Source of the DNA: Clostridium sp.
GTDB taxonomy: Bacteria; Bacillota; Clostridia; Clostridiales; Clostridiaceae
Assembly (NCBI RefSeq): GCF_029258205.1
Contig: NZ_JARHZJ010000004.1
Span: forward strand, 21,494 to 85,493
Length of the DNA: 64,000 nt
Direction of reading: 5' to 3'
Positions 33,032-42,796 of the stretch are shown piece by piece. Position numbers and translations under genes: made by a program. The notes below the pieces were generated by a model, which was not told the DNA's origin, did no database searches, and saw only the letters and a program-made list of their open reading frames with translations. The first letter of the stretch is position 1. Each line of letters begins with the position of its first letter.

Positions 33032-33625
33032 TTAACTTATGTAATTTGTTATATTTTCCTCACATTCTTCTCTTGTATCATATTTCTTTTCAAAATTAAT
33101 TATTTTACTTCTATCAACCTCTGGTAAATCATCTATTTTCTTTGTGCTAACATCCTCTGGTTTTTCAATAAATGGTCTTCCATCCTCACCAGCCTTAAAC
33201 ATTGCTATGTATCCATCTTTTTCTCCTATATAATACTTACCAGCTTCTAAGATTCCCATATCATTTAAGAAAATTATTTCTCCTGAAGTTGATGAAACTA
33301 ATTCATATCCATCTTTTTCTACAGAAGAAATTAACTCATCTATATTTTCTCCCTTTATTTCTTCATTTTTAATCATCTCTCCAATAGTAGTTTTATAATC
33401 AACTACAACATGATCATCTAAAGTTCTTCTTGTAAATATCACATCCATATTCTCAGCCAAAACAATGCCACCTTTTTTCTCTGTAACCTTCATATTAGTT
33501 TGTTTAATTTTTTTACTATTATAAAAGTAAGTTATCATATAACTGCTTGCAAATATAAATATGCCTAAAAGAATAAATATTAAGTTTTTAATTTTATTAT
33601 TATTTTTTATATTATTAAAATTCAT
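33032..33625 (-). CDS. Membrane-anchored protein, possibly BofC-like (sporulation sigma-K checkpoint regulator family)
   Basis: N-terminal TM anchor. C-terminal YYIGEKDGYIAMFKAG..IDDLPE.. resembles the BofC C-terminal domain pattern as I remember it. Lies next to ruvA, as bofC does in B. subtilis. Confidence 0.4.
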   Translation of the reverse strand: MNFNNIKNNNKIKNLIFILLGIFIFASSYMITYFYNSKKIKQTNMKVTEKKGGIVLAENMDVIFTRRTLDDHVVVDYKTTIGEMIKNEEIKGENIDELISSVEKDGYELVSSTSGEIIFLNDMGILEAGKYYIGEKDGYIAMFKAGEDGRPFIEKPEDVSTKKIDDLPEVDRSKIINFEKKYDTREECEENITNYIS

Positions 33626-33744
33626 ATCATCACCTCATTGGTGATGATTAACATATTTTTCTCTTTTTATACATACATTTTAATATTTTTAATAGTTTTT
33701 AAAACATATGTATTAACTTACTAATAACCAATCTTATATTTTAT

Positions 33745-34743
33745 TTAATATAAATATTCATTTCTTAAAAACTCTATTTTTTCCTTAGTTAATCCATATT
33801 CTTTTAAAAAATATGTTTCATAACTACCATAAGTATTTTTTATTTTATTTAAACTAAGTTCTATGAATTTCTTTTTTACTCCTAAAATGTCATCTATTAA
33901 TTCCTTTATAGTTTCATTTGATATATGTTTTTCATAAACTTGAAGTATTCTATGATTTTCTCCTTTTCTATATTCATTACTTAACATATAATCTTCTATT
34001 ACCTTTTCCTCTGGCACACCTAATAACAATAATATTAAAGCTGATCCTAAACCAGTTCTATCTTTTCCTGATGTACAGTGCTGTAATACAGCTAGATTTT
34101 TAGGATTTTCTATTATCTTTATAAGCTCTTTAAAAGCTAAATTATTTATTGGCATCTCAATATATCCATCCATAAGTATCTTTTCAGGCGGTTCTTGATT
34201 GCTATCCTTTAATAAAATGCCTTTTAAATAAGATTCCATATTTAGATTTTTATTATCTAAATTTCTCATTGCAGATATATTTATATTTTTTATCCCTTCA
34301 ACATTTTTATCTGGACTTAATTTAACTTCTTCTAAGGATCTATAATCAAAAATATACTTAATTCCTAGAGTTTTAAAATATTCTAAATCTTCTCCTTTTA
34401 ATTTATTTAAAGCTTCTGAGCGGTAGAATAATCCCCATTTCACCATTCTTCCATCTTTTGTTTCATATCCACCTAAATCTCTAAAATTACAAAATCTTTT
34501 AAGTGGTACAAGTCTCTCTGCTAAAATCAACTCTTCATTTTCACATTTTATAAAATAAAAAGTTCTATTTTTAGGCTCTGGATCATTAAACTCAAATTCA
34601 TTTTCTTTTTCTATATGTTTAATAAACTTTAATTCTCCATCAAGTTTCTCAGAATAATATAAAGTTCCAGTAACTTCTTTATTTAATGTTATTTTTAATA
34701 TCTCTCCAGCGATTCTTATTAAATTTCCATTTAAGCTTCTCAT
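33745..34743 (-). CDS. Protein-tyrosine phosphatase family protein
   Basis: CX5R active-site loop HCTSGKDRTG; 332 aa with an extra N-terminal domain. Confidence 0.85.
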   Translation of the reverse strand: MRSLNGNLIRIAGEILKITLNKEVTGTLYYSEKLDGELKFIKHIEKENEFEFNDPEPKNRTFYFIKCENEELILAERLVPLKRFCNFRDLGGYETKDGRMVKWGLFYRSEALNKLKGEDLEYFKTLGIKYIFDYRSLEEVKLSPDKNVEGIKNINISAMRNLDNKNLNMESYLKGILLKDSNQEPPEKILMDGYIEMPINNLAFKELIKIIENPKNLAVLQHCTSGKDRTGLGSALILLLLGVPEEKVIEDYMLSNEYRKGENHRILQVYEKHISNETIKELIDDILGVKKKFIELSLNKIKNTYGSYETYFLKEYGLTKEKIEFLRNEYLY

Positions 34744-35055
34744 AAAACATCATCTCCTAATATAACCAAAATTCTTTTTTTAATTATACTACTTATTTTC
34801 TTTAATTGTTAACTTTTATTAAATCTTTTAGATATTTTATATTTATCCTTAATTTATTAAACTTCTTAAGTTTAAAGATTTTTTTCAAAGAATTAATATT
34901 TTTCCATATTATGTATGATAAAATATTCTTATAAACTGTAAACATTATTATTTATATATTTTTAAAATATAACAAGAATTGTTTTTCTATAGCATTAAGC
35001 AAATTGAACTTTTAATTATATTTAAATCTAGTTTATTTATGATTAAGGAGGTCCC

Positions 35056-35136
35056 ATGGAATTATTACTTATATTGCTTTTTTTAATAATGCTTATGACA
35101 GCATTTTCAACCTCACTAAGAGAAACTAAAAAATAA
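35056..35136 (+). CDS. Candidate 26-aa hydrophobic small peptide (type I toxin-like)
   Basis: AAGGAGG lies 4 nt upstream of the ATG. Translation MELLLILLFLIMLMTAFSTSLRETKK. A long hairpin follows at 35181..35223. No homology evidence. Confidence 0.35.
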   Translation: MELLLILLFLIMLMTAFSTSLRETKK

Positions 35137-35451
35137 TTATATTAAGATTGATTTTATATTGCATGAAAACCAAAAATAAAGGCAGTAATATTTAATATGG
35201 TAAAACCATTAGATATTACTACCTTTAACTGAATTAACTTTTTTAGAATCTTATTTAATTATTAGTCTCTTAATATTTTTATAAAAATCTTATCTTTTAG
35301 TTTTTAAATCTCAATTTTTCTTAAACCTATGTATATCTTAAACCAATATATATTAGTAAATAAATCTATTATAAATAATCCTATATAAATTAATACTAAT
35401 AAAAAATTTTAATTATTATGATAGTCATAACTAGATAAATTATTGCCTATA

Positions 35452-35496
35452 TAAAAAAATACCTTTTGTTATCTATTACGCACATCAAAAGGTATT
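35452..35496 (-). terminator. Rho-independent terminator after the yebC-family gene
   Basis: AATACCTTTTG (35458..35468) pairs with CAAAAGGTATT (35486..35496). A U-run follows on the minus strand. Confidence 0.75.
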
Positions 35497-35549
35497 TTTA
35501 TTATTCAAAATCAAAAGTTAATTTTTATAATTAATAAGATATTAAACTC

Positions 35550-36287
35550 TTACTCATCCCATCCTTCTGGGAATTCAGCATTGTGATAAACCTCTTGAAC
35601 GTCATCGTCATCTTCAAGTAAGTCTAACATTTTTTGGAATTTCTTAGCATCCTCTTCGTTTATAGCAGTTTCAGTATCTGGTATCATTTTAACTGATGCT
35701 TCTAAGAATTCTAATCCTTCTGCTTCTAAAGCTTCTCTTACTGTACCAAAATCTTCTGGTGAAGTTGTAACTATGAATACCTCTTCCTCTGATGCAAAAT
35801 CTTCTGCTCCAGCATCTAAAGCTAGCATCATTATTTCATCTTCATCCAACTCAGCTTTTTCTATTACTATTTCACCTTTCTTTTGGAACATAAAACCAAC
35901 GCATCCTGATGTACCCATGTTTCCGCCACCTTTAGTGAAAGCACTTCTTACATTACCAGCTGATCTATTTTTATTATCTGTTAATACTTCAACCATTACA
36001 GCTACTCCTGATGGTCCGTATCCTTCATAAACTATTGATTCATAGTTTACTGAATCCCCTTCTCCAGCAGCTTTCTTTATAGCTCTTTGAATGTTATCAT
36101 TTGGCATGTTTGCAGCCTTAGCTTTTGCTACAGCATCCTTTAATCTTGAGTTACCCTCTAAGTTTGCTCCACCTTCTTTAACTGCAACCGCTATCTCTTT
36201 TCCTATCTTAGTGAATATTTTTCCTCTTTTGGCATCCATTTTACCTTTTTTAGCTTGTATATTATGCCACTTTGAATGTCCTGACAT
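35550..36287 (-). CDS. YebC/PmpR family DNA-binding transcriptional regulator
   Basis: Start set to ATG 36287 ([15 protein letters not shown]), following AGGAGGAATAAGG. Confidence 0.94.
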   Translation of the reverse strand: MSGHSKWHNIQAKKGKMDAKRGKIFTKIGKEIAVAVKEGGANLEGNSRLKDAVAKAKAANMPNDNIQRAIKKAAGEGDSVNYESIVYEGYGPSGVAVMVEVLTDNKNRSAGNVRSAFTKGGGNMGTSGCVGFMFQKKGEIVIEKAELDEDEIMMLALDAGAEDFASEEEVFIVTTSPEDFGTVREALEAEGLEFLEASVKMIPDTETAINEEDAKKFQKMLDLLEDDDDVQEVYHNAEFPEGWDE

Positions 36288-36412
36288 CCTTATTCCTCCT
36301 AACATATATGTGAACTATAGTTTAAATTTCTTTAAATATCTTGAAATAATACCTAAATATTATATCATAGAGATTTTTTCTCTTCAACTTAGCTGTTTTC
36401 TGTAGTTAAAGC

Positions 36413-37066
36413 TTACTCATCAAAACTTTCATAAAGTCTACTTCCTTCTTTAAAATATATTCCTTCTAAATCAGTACTCATTATAGCTTTTCCATTTGTT
36501 GCTTCTGTAAAGCTTTTTTCCATTTCTGGAATCATAGTTTTTTCTGCCAATATATAAATCTTAACATTATCAGCAAACTCTGTATCCTCTATGTACCAAT
36601 TATTTTGACCACATATATATTGAATCTTTCCATAAAGATCATAATCTATTTCTATACAAAGCATTGCTCCTTCTACTTTTTCTACAACGCCTGCTGCATT
36701 TATAGCTATGGCTGCACCTTTAGTATAAGCTCTAGTAAGTCCCCCTGTACCTAATAATATTCCTCCAAAATATCTAGTTACTACTACTGCACAATCTGTT
36801 ATTCCTTGTTTTTTTATTACCTCTAATATTGGAATACCAGCTGTTCCCTGTGGCTCACCATTATCACTATATCTTTGTATCCCCATATTTTGTCCTATAA
36901 CATAGGCATAGCAATTATGTCTTGCATCCTTGTGTTTATTATTTATTTCTGCTACAAACTCTTTAGCCTCTTCCTCTGTTGTAACTCTTTTAACATAGCC
37001 TATAAAAACTGATTTTTTCTCCTCAAACCTATCATCAGCTTCTTTTTTTACCGTTATATAATTCAT
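36413..37066 (-). CDS. YigZ/IMPACT family protein
   Basis: 217 aa with KKSVFIGY .. HNCYAY .. DDGEP-like DNGEPQGTAG .. VVVTRYFGG. Confidence 0.85.
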   Translation of the reverse strand: MNYITVKKEADDRFEEKKSVFIGYVKRVTTEEEAKEFVAEINNKHKDARHNCYAYVIGQNMGIQRYSDNGEPQGTAGIPILEVIKKQGITDCAVVVTRYFGGILLGTGGLTRAYTKGAAIAINAAGVVEKVEGAMLCIEIDYDLYGKIQYICGQNNWYIEDTEFADNVKIYILAEKTMIPEMEKSFTEATNGKAIMSTDLEGIYFKEGSRLYESFDE

Positions 37067-37071
37067 AATAT

Positions 37072-38478
37072 CTACCTACCTTTTAACACATCGTATATAT
37101 TATTTATTCCTTTTTCTATCTCAATATAATCTATTTGTGAAAATCCAATTCTAAAGCTTTTATCTCCATCATTAGGATTTTTAAAGAATATACTTCCTGG
37201 AGTAATTATAGTTTTTCTATCTTTTAGTTCATAAAATAACTTTTTAGAAGTTATGTCTATGTTCTTATTTATCTTTAAGAATAAATTAAGTCCCCCCTTA
37301 GGCTCTTTATAAGAAACCATATCTCCCAATTTATTATCTATAAGTTCTTTTATAAAGTTATATCTTTTTGAATATTCCTCATTTAATCTTTCTATATGTT
37401 CTTTCCAATAGCCCTTTTCAATATAATCCTGAAGAGCTCTTTGCATTAAACTTGAGGTAGCTATATCTGTATTAAACTTTAAAGCTTGAAATTCCTCTTT
37501 AAATTTATCTGGTGCTATTAAATATCCCATTCTTATACCTGGAAGAAATATTTTAGAGAAACTTTTTATATATATAACTCTCTCAGAATCTAAACTTCTA
37601 TAAGGTATGTACTCTAAACCATTAGAATAAACTAATTCTGAAAGATAATCATCTTCTAGTATGTAAAAATCATATTTATGTGCGAGCTCTATTATTTTTT
37701 TCTTTTTTTCTAAAGAACAACTTATACCTGTAGGGTTCTGAAAATAACTCATAGTATAAAAACACTTTATTTTATTTCTCTTTAATAAATTTTCAAACTT
37801 TTCAATATTAGGCCCATCTTTTTCCATTGGAATTTCCAATATATTTGCTCTTCTAAGTTTAAATACTAAAAGTGCCCCTCCATAAGTTGGCCTTTCTATT
37901 ACAATGTTATCATTTATATTTACTAATGACTTTCCTACAATATCAATACCTTGCTGAGCTCCAGAAATTATAAGTATATTATCTAAGTTATTTTTTCCAT
38001 TCCAGAACTCCTCATTTATACTTTTTCTTAATTCTAAATACCCCAAAGGATCACTATACATCAGTGCCTCTACTCCATCTCTAACTAATACATTATCTAA
38101 AACTTTCTTAAGTTTTTCTACTTGGAAGAAGTTTGCACTAGTAGTTTCCCCAGTGAAGTCTATCCAATTCTTCAAATCTCCAGAAGCTATTTTTCTAAAC
38201 AAATCATTATAATCATTCTTAAAACTTTTTCCTACATCCTTATTTTTAGCATAAGTTCCACTTCCTTGAGCTTGATATGCATACCCTTCTTGTACAAGTT
38301 TCTTATAAGCATTAATAACAGTTACTTTATTCACCTCTAAAAAATCTGCTAGATTTCTTATAGTTGGTAACTTTTCTCCCTCTGATATCTCACCGTTTTC
38401 AATTAAACTTTTAATATTATCGTATATTATTAAATATTTACATAACCCCTCTTTAAAAACCACACTAAATTTATTCAT
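37072..38478 (-). CDS. MocR-like regulator (GntR wHTH fused to a fold-type I aminotransferase-like domain)
   Basis: N-terminal GEKLPTIRNLADFLEVNKVTVINAYKKL and a C-terminal PLP-domain pattern (SFSKIFLPGIRMGY). Confidence 0.85.
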   Translation of the reverse strand: MNKFSVVFKEGLCKYLIIYDNIKSLIENGEISEGEKLPTIRNLADFLEVNKVTVINAYKKLVQEGYAYQAQGSGTYAKNKDVGKSFKNDYNDLFRKIASGDLKNWIDFTGETTSANFFQVEKLKKVLDNVLVRDGVEALMYSDPLGYLELRKSINEEFWNGKNNLDNILIISGAQQGIDIVGKSLVNINDNIVIERPTYGGALLVFKLRRANILEIPMEKDGPNIEKFENLLKRNKIKCFYTMSYFQNPTGISCSLEKKKKIIELAHKYDFYILEDDYLSELVYSNGLEYIPYRSLDSERVIYIKSFSKIFLPGIRMGYLIAPDKFKEEFQALKFNTDIATSSLMQRALQDYIEKGYWKEHIERLNEEYSKRYNFIKELIDNKLGDMVSYKEPKGGLNLFLKINKNIDITSKKLFYELKDRKTIITPGSIFFKNPNDGDKSFRIGFSQIDYIEIEKGINNIYDVLKGR

Positions 38479-38492
38479 CTCTTACACCTTAT

Positions 38493-39395
38493 TTAAACAT
38501 TATCTTTTATTAAATATACTTTTTCTGTTATAAGCTTCTGTCCACATGGTGAAAATTTTTCTCTTCCACTTTTCTTAACTATATTTTTCTTATAAAGATA
38601 TCCTAATAATTCCTCAAAATCTATATTAAATCCTTGGAATTCTTCTGATTTTTTTATTTCTTCTGAGCTTAAATAATCCTTTTGTTTTTTCATAAAATCA
38701 ACTAAAGCTTTTATTATTCCTCTAATATTCCTTTCTAAGAAGCTTTCAATATAAAAATGTACATATTCTAAAGCCTGTTTATCTGCTGCTTTGAATATTC
38801 CATTAACCATTTCTTCAAAATTTTCATCTAATTTCATAAGCATACCAGTAGAGCTTTTTGTTATTAAATATCCATTAAAATTTAAATATAATCTACTAAA
38901 ACTATCAACTGAATACATAAGAGCCTCAAAGGCAGCGTAAAAATGTTCATTGTGAATACATTTTTTGTATAAATTTATATCTTGTAAAAGCTCGCTTAAA
39001 TAAACAAGATTCCATTTTTCACTATGATCATCTGTATAATATTTTATTGAAGTAAATTTATCTGATATTTCTTGATCCTTACAAAAAATTAATTTTGAAG
39101 ATATAAATTTTCTATGTATTGTGCTACCAGTTATTTCTTCTTGACAGAAATTAACTAAAAACTTTTTAGAAACTATTTTCAAATGCAAAGATACACCTAA
39201 TTCTTCACCATAAACATCCTTTATCTCTTTAAAGTCTCCATTTACAATAACAAACAAATCTATATCTGATCCTTCCCATATATCTCCGTTTATTATACTT
39301 CCAAATGCTGTCACTCCAATAACATCTTGATTCTTTTGAAGATCGTTTATAACCGATTTAAAAGAATTTTGATATTTTAATATTATTTCACTCAA
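38493..39395 (-). CDS. Nucleotidyltransferase-domain protein (Pol-beta superfamily) with helical and wHTH-like C-terminal parts
   Basis: GS..(11)..DID motif in VTAFGSIINGDIWEGSDIDLFVIV. 14-nt gap to the MocR-like gene. Confidence 0.7.
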   Translation of the reverse strand: MSEIILKYQNSFKSVINDLQKNQDVIGVTAFGSIINGDIWEGSDIDLFVIVNGDFKEIKDVYGEELGVSLHLKIVSKKFLVNFCQEEITGSTIHRKFISSKLIFCKDQEISDKFTSIKYYTDDHSEKWNLVYLSELLQDINLYKKCIHNEHFYAAFEALMYSVDSFSRLYLNFNGYLITKSSTGMLMKLDENFEEMVNGIFKAADKQALEYVHFYIESFLERNIRGIIKALVDFMKKQKDYLSSEEIKKSEEFQGFNIDFEELLGYLYKKNIVKKSGREKFSPCGQKLITEKVYLIKDNV

Positions 39396-39454
39396 TTTTT
39401 TTCCTCCTTAATAACTCCTATTAATTATATTATAATTTATGATGTGACAAATGT

Positions 39455-39491
39455 AATAATAAAAGCTAAATTCTTACTGAATTTAGCTTTT
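39455..39491 (-). terminator. Terminator after hflX
   Basis: 13-bp stem AAAAGCTAAATTC (39461..39473) pairs with GAATTTAGCTTTT (39479..39491). Confidence 0.7.
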
Positions 39492-39513
39492 ATTAATGGA
39501 TTTAATAATATTA

Positions 39514-41307
39514 TTATAGCTCATAACCTCTACATTTATTTTCTACCTCTTCATCCACTTCTGCCTTTATATAAGTTCCATCTTCTCTATATTCTTCTTC
39601 GCTTACATTAGCATTTCTATGAAGATAAGCTACAACTTGCTGAGCTGTATAAGGAATAATATACTCCTTGCTTTTCAATGTGTATGGTAATTCTTCACTT
39701 ATTGCTTCTAATAATTCATCTAAGTTTATTCTTTCCCTAGCAGAAATTTTTACTACTTTATTATATATTGAAGAATATTTTGCTTCTAATTCATTTAGCT
39801 TTTCTTCATCAGCCTTATCAATTTTATTAAGAACTAATATTTTTGCTGATTCTAAGGCTTTTAATTCACCTAAAACTTTTTCTACAGCTATAATTTCTTC
39901 TTGTGCATTATCTGAAGAAGCATCTACAACATGGCATAAAAGATCTGAGTATATAACCTCTTCTAAAGTTGATTTAAAAGCTTCGACTAATTCATGAGGA
40001 AGTTTACTTACAAATCCAACGGTATCTGTTAATGTTATATCCCTATTATCTGGAAGTTTTATAGCTCTTGTTGTAGTATCTAAAGTTGCAAAAAGCATAT
40101 CTGCTTCAAAAACTTTATCCTTATATTGAGTAGCTAAAGTTGAAGCTGATTCTTCACATAAAGTATTTCTTAAAGTAGATTTTCCTGCATTAGTATATCC
40201 AACTAATGAAACCTGTGAAGTTTTATCCTTACTTCTTCTTTCTCTTTGAGTTTCTCTTATTTTCTTTATCTTTTTAAGTTCGGCTTGAAGATCATATATT
40301 CTTTCTCTTATATGTCTTCTATCTATTTCAAGTTTCTTTTCTCCTGGTCCTCTTGTTCCTATTCCACCACCAGTTCTAGACATAACAGTTCCAAGTCCCA
40401 TAAGTCTAGCAGCTCTATACTTAAGTTGAGCAAGTTCTACTTGAATTTTAGCTTCTCTTGTTTTAGCTCTTCTTGAGAATATTTCTAAAATAAGAGTTGT
40501 TCTATCAATTACCTTAACCCCTAAGTTAGCTTCAAGATTTTTAACTTGTGCTCCTGATAATTCATCATCAAAAATTACTAAGTTAGCTCTTGTTAATTGT
40601 CTTATATTAGCAATTTCTAAAACCTTACCTCTTCCTATATAAAAAGAAGAGTCAATTTTACTTCTATTTTGGAATACCTTTTCTAATGTAGGAATATCAC
40701 AAGCCTTAGCAAGTTCCTCTAATTCATCTAAGCTTTCTCTTGTGTCACATCCTACCAAAATAGCTCTTTCACTATCATCTTCCTCAACATTACTTGTTTT
40801 AATAATTTCTTCGATATGATTAATTTTATCTAAAATATTAATTTGTAAGCACTTATCTATAGTTAAATAAGGAACTTCTTCGCTTATAAGAATCTCATTT
40901 TCTACATAACAAAATCCTAAAGAAGCATCTTTAGCCTTTCCTTCCTCTACAGCTATAGCCATTATTGTATCAAGTTTTAGTTTCATAAGAGCTGATATAT
41001 CTAAAGCAGAAAGTCTACAAACTCCACTTGGATGAGTATGTATTATTCTAATTCCAGATAATCTTTTTTCGTGTATATCTATTAATGGAATTTCTACGCT
41101 TGAAGAATCTCCTATAGCTACACTAATTACCTTTCCTTTTCTATTTATTCCTACACTAATTTCTCTTTCTATTTGAGAAGATAATCTAGAAATAACATTT
41201 ATTATATCTTCTGTACAAACACTATATTTAGGTACATTTATTTTATAAAGTTCTTCTAATTCTTTTAATACAGAATTTCTTATTCCATCAGTATTTCCAT
41301 GTATCAT
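39514..41307 (-). CDS. hflX: GTPase HflX with an N-terminal JAB/RadC-like extension
   Basis: G1 GYTNAGKST, G3 DTVGF, G4 NKID and the HflX N-domain. Residues 1-~175 are extra and contain HTHPSGVCRLSALD. Confidence 0.9.
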   Translation of the reverse strand: MIHGNTDGIRNSVLKELEELYKINVPKYSVCTEDIINVISRLSSQIEREISVGINRKGKVISVAIGDSSSVEIPLIDIHEKRLSGIRIIHTHPSGVCRLSALDISALMKLKLDTIMAIAVEEGKAKDASLGFCYVENEILISEEVPYLTIDKCLQINILDKINHIEEIIKTSNVEEDDSERAILVGCDTRESLDELEELAKACDIPTLEKVFQNRSKIDSSFYIGRGKVLEIANIRQLTRANLVIFDDELSGAQVKNLEANLGVKVIDRTTLILEIFSRRAKTREAKIQVELAQLKYRAARLMGLGTVMSRTGGGIGTRGPGEKKLEIDRRHIRERIYDLQAELKKIKKIRETQRERRSKDKTSQVSLVGYTNAGKSTLRNTLCEESASTLATQYKDKVFEADMLFATLDTTTRAIKLPDNRDITLTDTVGFVSKLPHELVEAFKSTLEEVIYSDLLCHVVDASSDNAQEEIIAVEKVLGELKALESAKILVLNKIDKADEEKLNELEAKYSSIYNKVVKISARERINLDELLEAISEELPYTLKSKEYIIPYTAQQVVAYLHRNANVSEEEYREDGTYIKAEVDEEVENKCRGYEL

Positions 41308-41413
41308 ATATTACCACCTCGTAATATTTATTATGTTTCTTGACAATTTTCATTTAATTTTATACTATAAATACAATATTGTAAATAATACGGATTAGTT
41401 AGGGGAGAAATTA

Positions 41414-41938
41414 ATGGAAGATAAGAACAGAAATATACTAATTTCTGAAGAACAAATAAAAAAACAAATAGCTATTGTAGGTAAAAAATTAACTGAAGAT
41501 TACAAAGATAAAAACCTTTATGTTTTATCTCTATTAAGAGGAAGTTTCATATTTACTGCTGACTTAGTTAGAGCAATTGATACTAAAGCTCAAATAGGAT
41601 TTATGACTACTTCAAGTTATGGCCATGGTGAAGAAAGTACTGGAATAGTTAAAGTTGTAAATGATATTCCTGACAATATCGAAGGTTTAGATGTTTTAAT
41701 CGTTGATGACATTATAGATTCAGGTATAACAATGGATTTTGTTATAAATCACGTTAAGTCATTAGGAGCTAAATCAGTTAAAACTTGCACTCTTTTAGAT
41801 AAACCATCTAGAAGAAAAGTTGATTTAAAACCAGATTATTGTTGTTTTGAAATAGAGGATTTATTTGTTGTTGGTTATGGATTAAATTATGGTGATCACT
41901 ATAGAAATATCCCTTACATATTTAACTGGGAAAAATAA
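41414..41938 (+). CDS. hpt: Hypoxanthine phosphoribosyltransferase
   Basis: 174 aa with the PRPP loop VLIVDDIIDSGITM. Confidence 0.95.
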   Translation: MEDKNRNILISEEQIKKQIAIVGKKLTEDYKDKNLYVLSLLRGSFIFTADLVRAIDTKAQIGFMTTSSYGHGEESTGIVKVVNDIPDNIEGLDVLIVDDIIDSGITMDFVINHVKSLGAKSVKTCTLLDKPSRRKVDLKPDYCCFEIEDLFVVGYGLNYGDHYRNIPYIFNWEK

Positions 41939-41940
41939 TT

Positions 41941-41966
41941 AAAAGGAGGAAATTCCTCCTTTTTTA
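41941..41966. terminator. Bidirectional terminator between hpt and yunB
   Basis: AAAAGGAGGAAATTCCTCCTTTTTT. Confidence 0.7.
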
Positions 41967-41971
41967 ATGTG

Positions 41972-42661
41972 TTAATTTATATCTTCTGTACTTTCTTTAC
42001 TAATACCTTGTAACATACTTCCACCCCACATGTTATTTGGAACTTCTCCAACTATAACTGTATCTGAAATCGGAATTTGATTTACCACTTCAATCTCTTT
42101 TGATTGAAGTGGTAATATTATTTTAATATTAGTTTTTACATTTACTAAAATTTTATGCCTAGTTTGATTTATTCCTGCGCTTTCAAATAAAGAATCATAA
42201 GTCACCTCTACTCTACCTATCGGCTCCATCTTAACAGTTATACTAGGTCCCCAATAAGACATTATATTATTTTTTGTTATATATCCAATTGGCATTTTTA
42301 CCCCTATAGATCCAACTTCTTTTATATCCCTCTGTGATTTTATAGCAACTTCTGTAGCCAATTCATTCAATTTTATAGTATCAGCATTAATCATTTTTAT
42401 GGCTCCTGATGAATTTTTCTGAACTTTTATTACATCATTATAATTAAATTTTTCTGTATAAACCTCAGCAATATTAGCATTTATAATATCTAAAGTTTTA
42501 GCTTGCATTTCTGAATCTGAAACAAGCAAAACTGTAGGTGCAATTATTTTATCAAAAGCATATATAAAAATTAAAAAACAGGCAATAATCATTAATAAAA
42601 TAATTATTAAATATTTTTTAAACTCTATATTTCTACGTTTATTTTTTTTTACATAATACAA
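41972..42661 (-). CDS. yunB: Sporulation protein YunB
   Basis: 229 aa with an N-terminal TM helix and the YunB-like pattern (GPSITVKMEPIG.V.V). TTG start follows AAGAGGTG. Confidence 0.8.
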   Translation of the reverse strand: MYYVKKNKRRNIEFKKYLIIILLMIIACFLIFIYAFDKIIAPTVLLVSDSEMQAKTLDIINANIAEVYTEKFNYNDVIKVQKNSSGAIKMINADTIKLNELATEVAIKSQRDIKEVGSIGVKMPIGYITKNNIMSYWGPSITVKMEPIGRVEVTYDSLFESAGINQTRHKILVNVKTNIKIILPLQSKEIEVVNQIPISDTVIVGEVPNNMWGGSMLQGISKESTEDIN

Positions 42662-42796
42662 AGACTACACCTCTTATAATTTGGTTTACTCTTAATATTA
42701 TTATGCTATAATATAATATAATATTTCTTTAAATGTATAATAATATAATTATGTAGTTTTTAGAAATAGAAAGTTTTATTATGTTAGGAGGAAAAA

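Noticed and set aside
38493-39395. Nucleotidyltransferase-domain protein, considered as an MNT-HEPN toxin-antitoxin fusion or an aminoglycoside nucleotidyltransferase resistance gene.
   Set aside because: I saw no HEPN Rx4-6H motif and no partner gene of TA size. Similarity to resistance enzymes cannot be judged without a search, so it is left as a generic NTase-domain protein.
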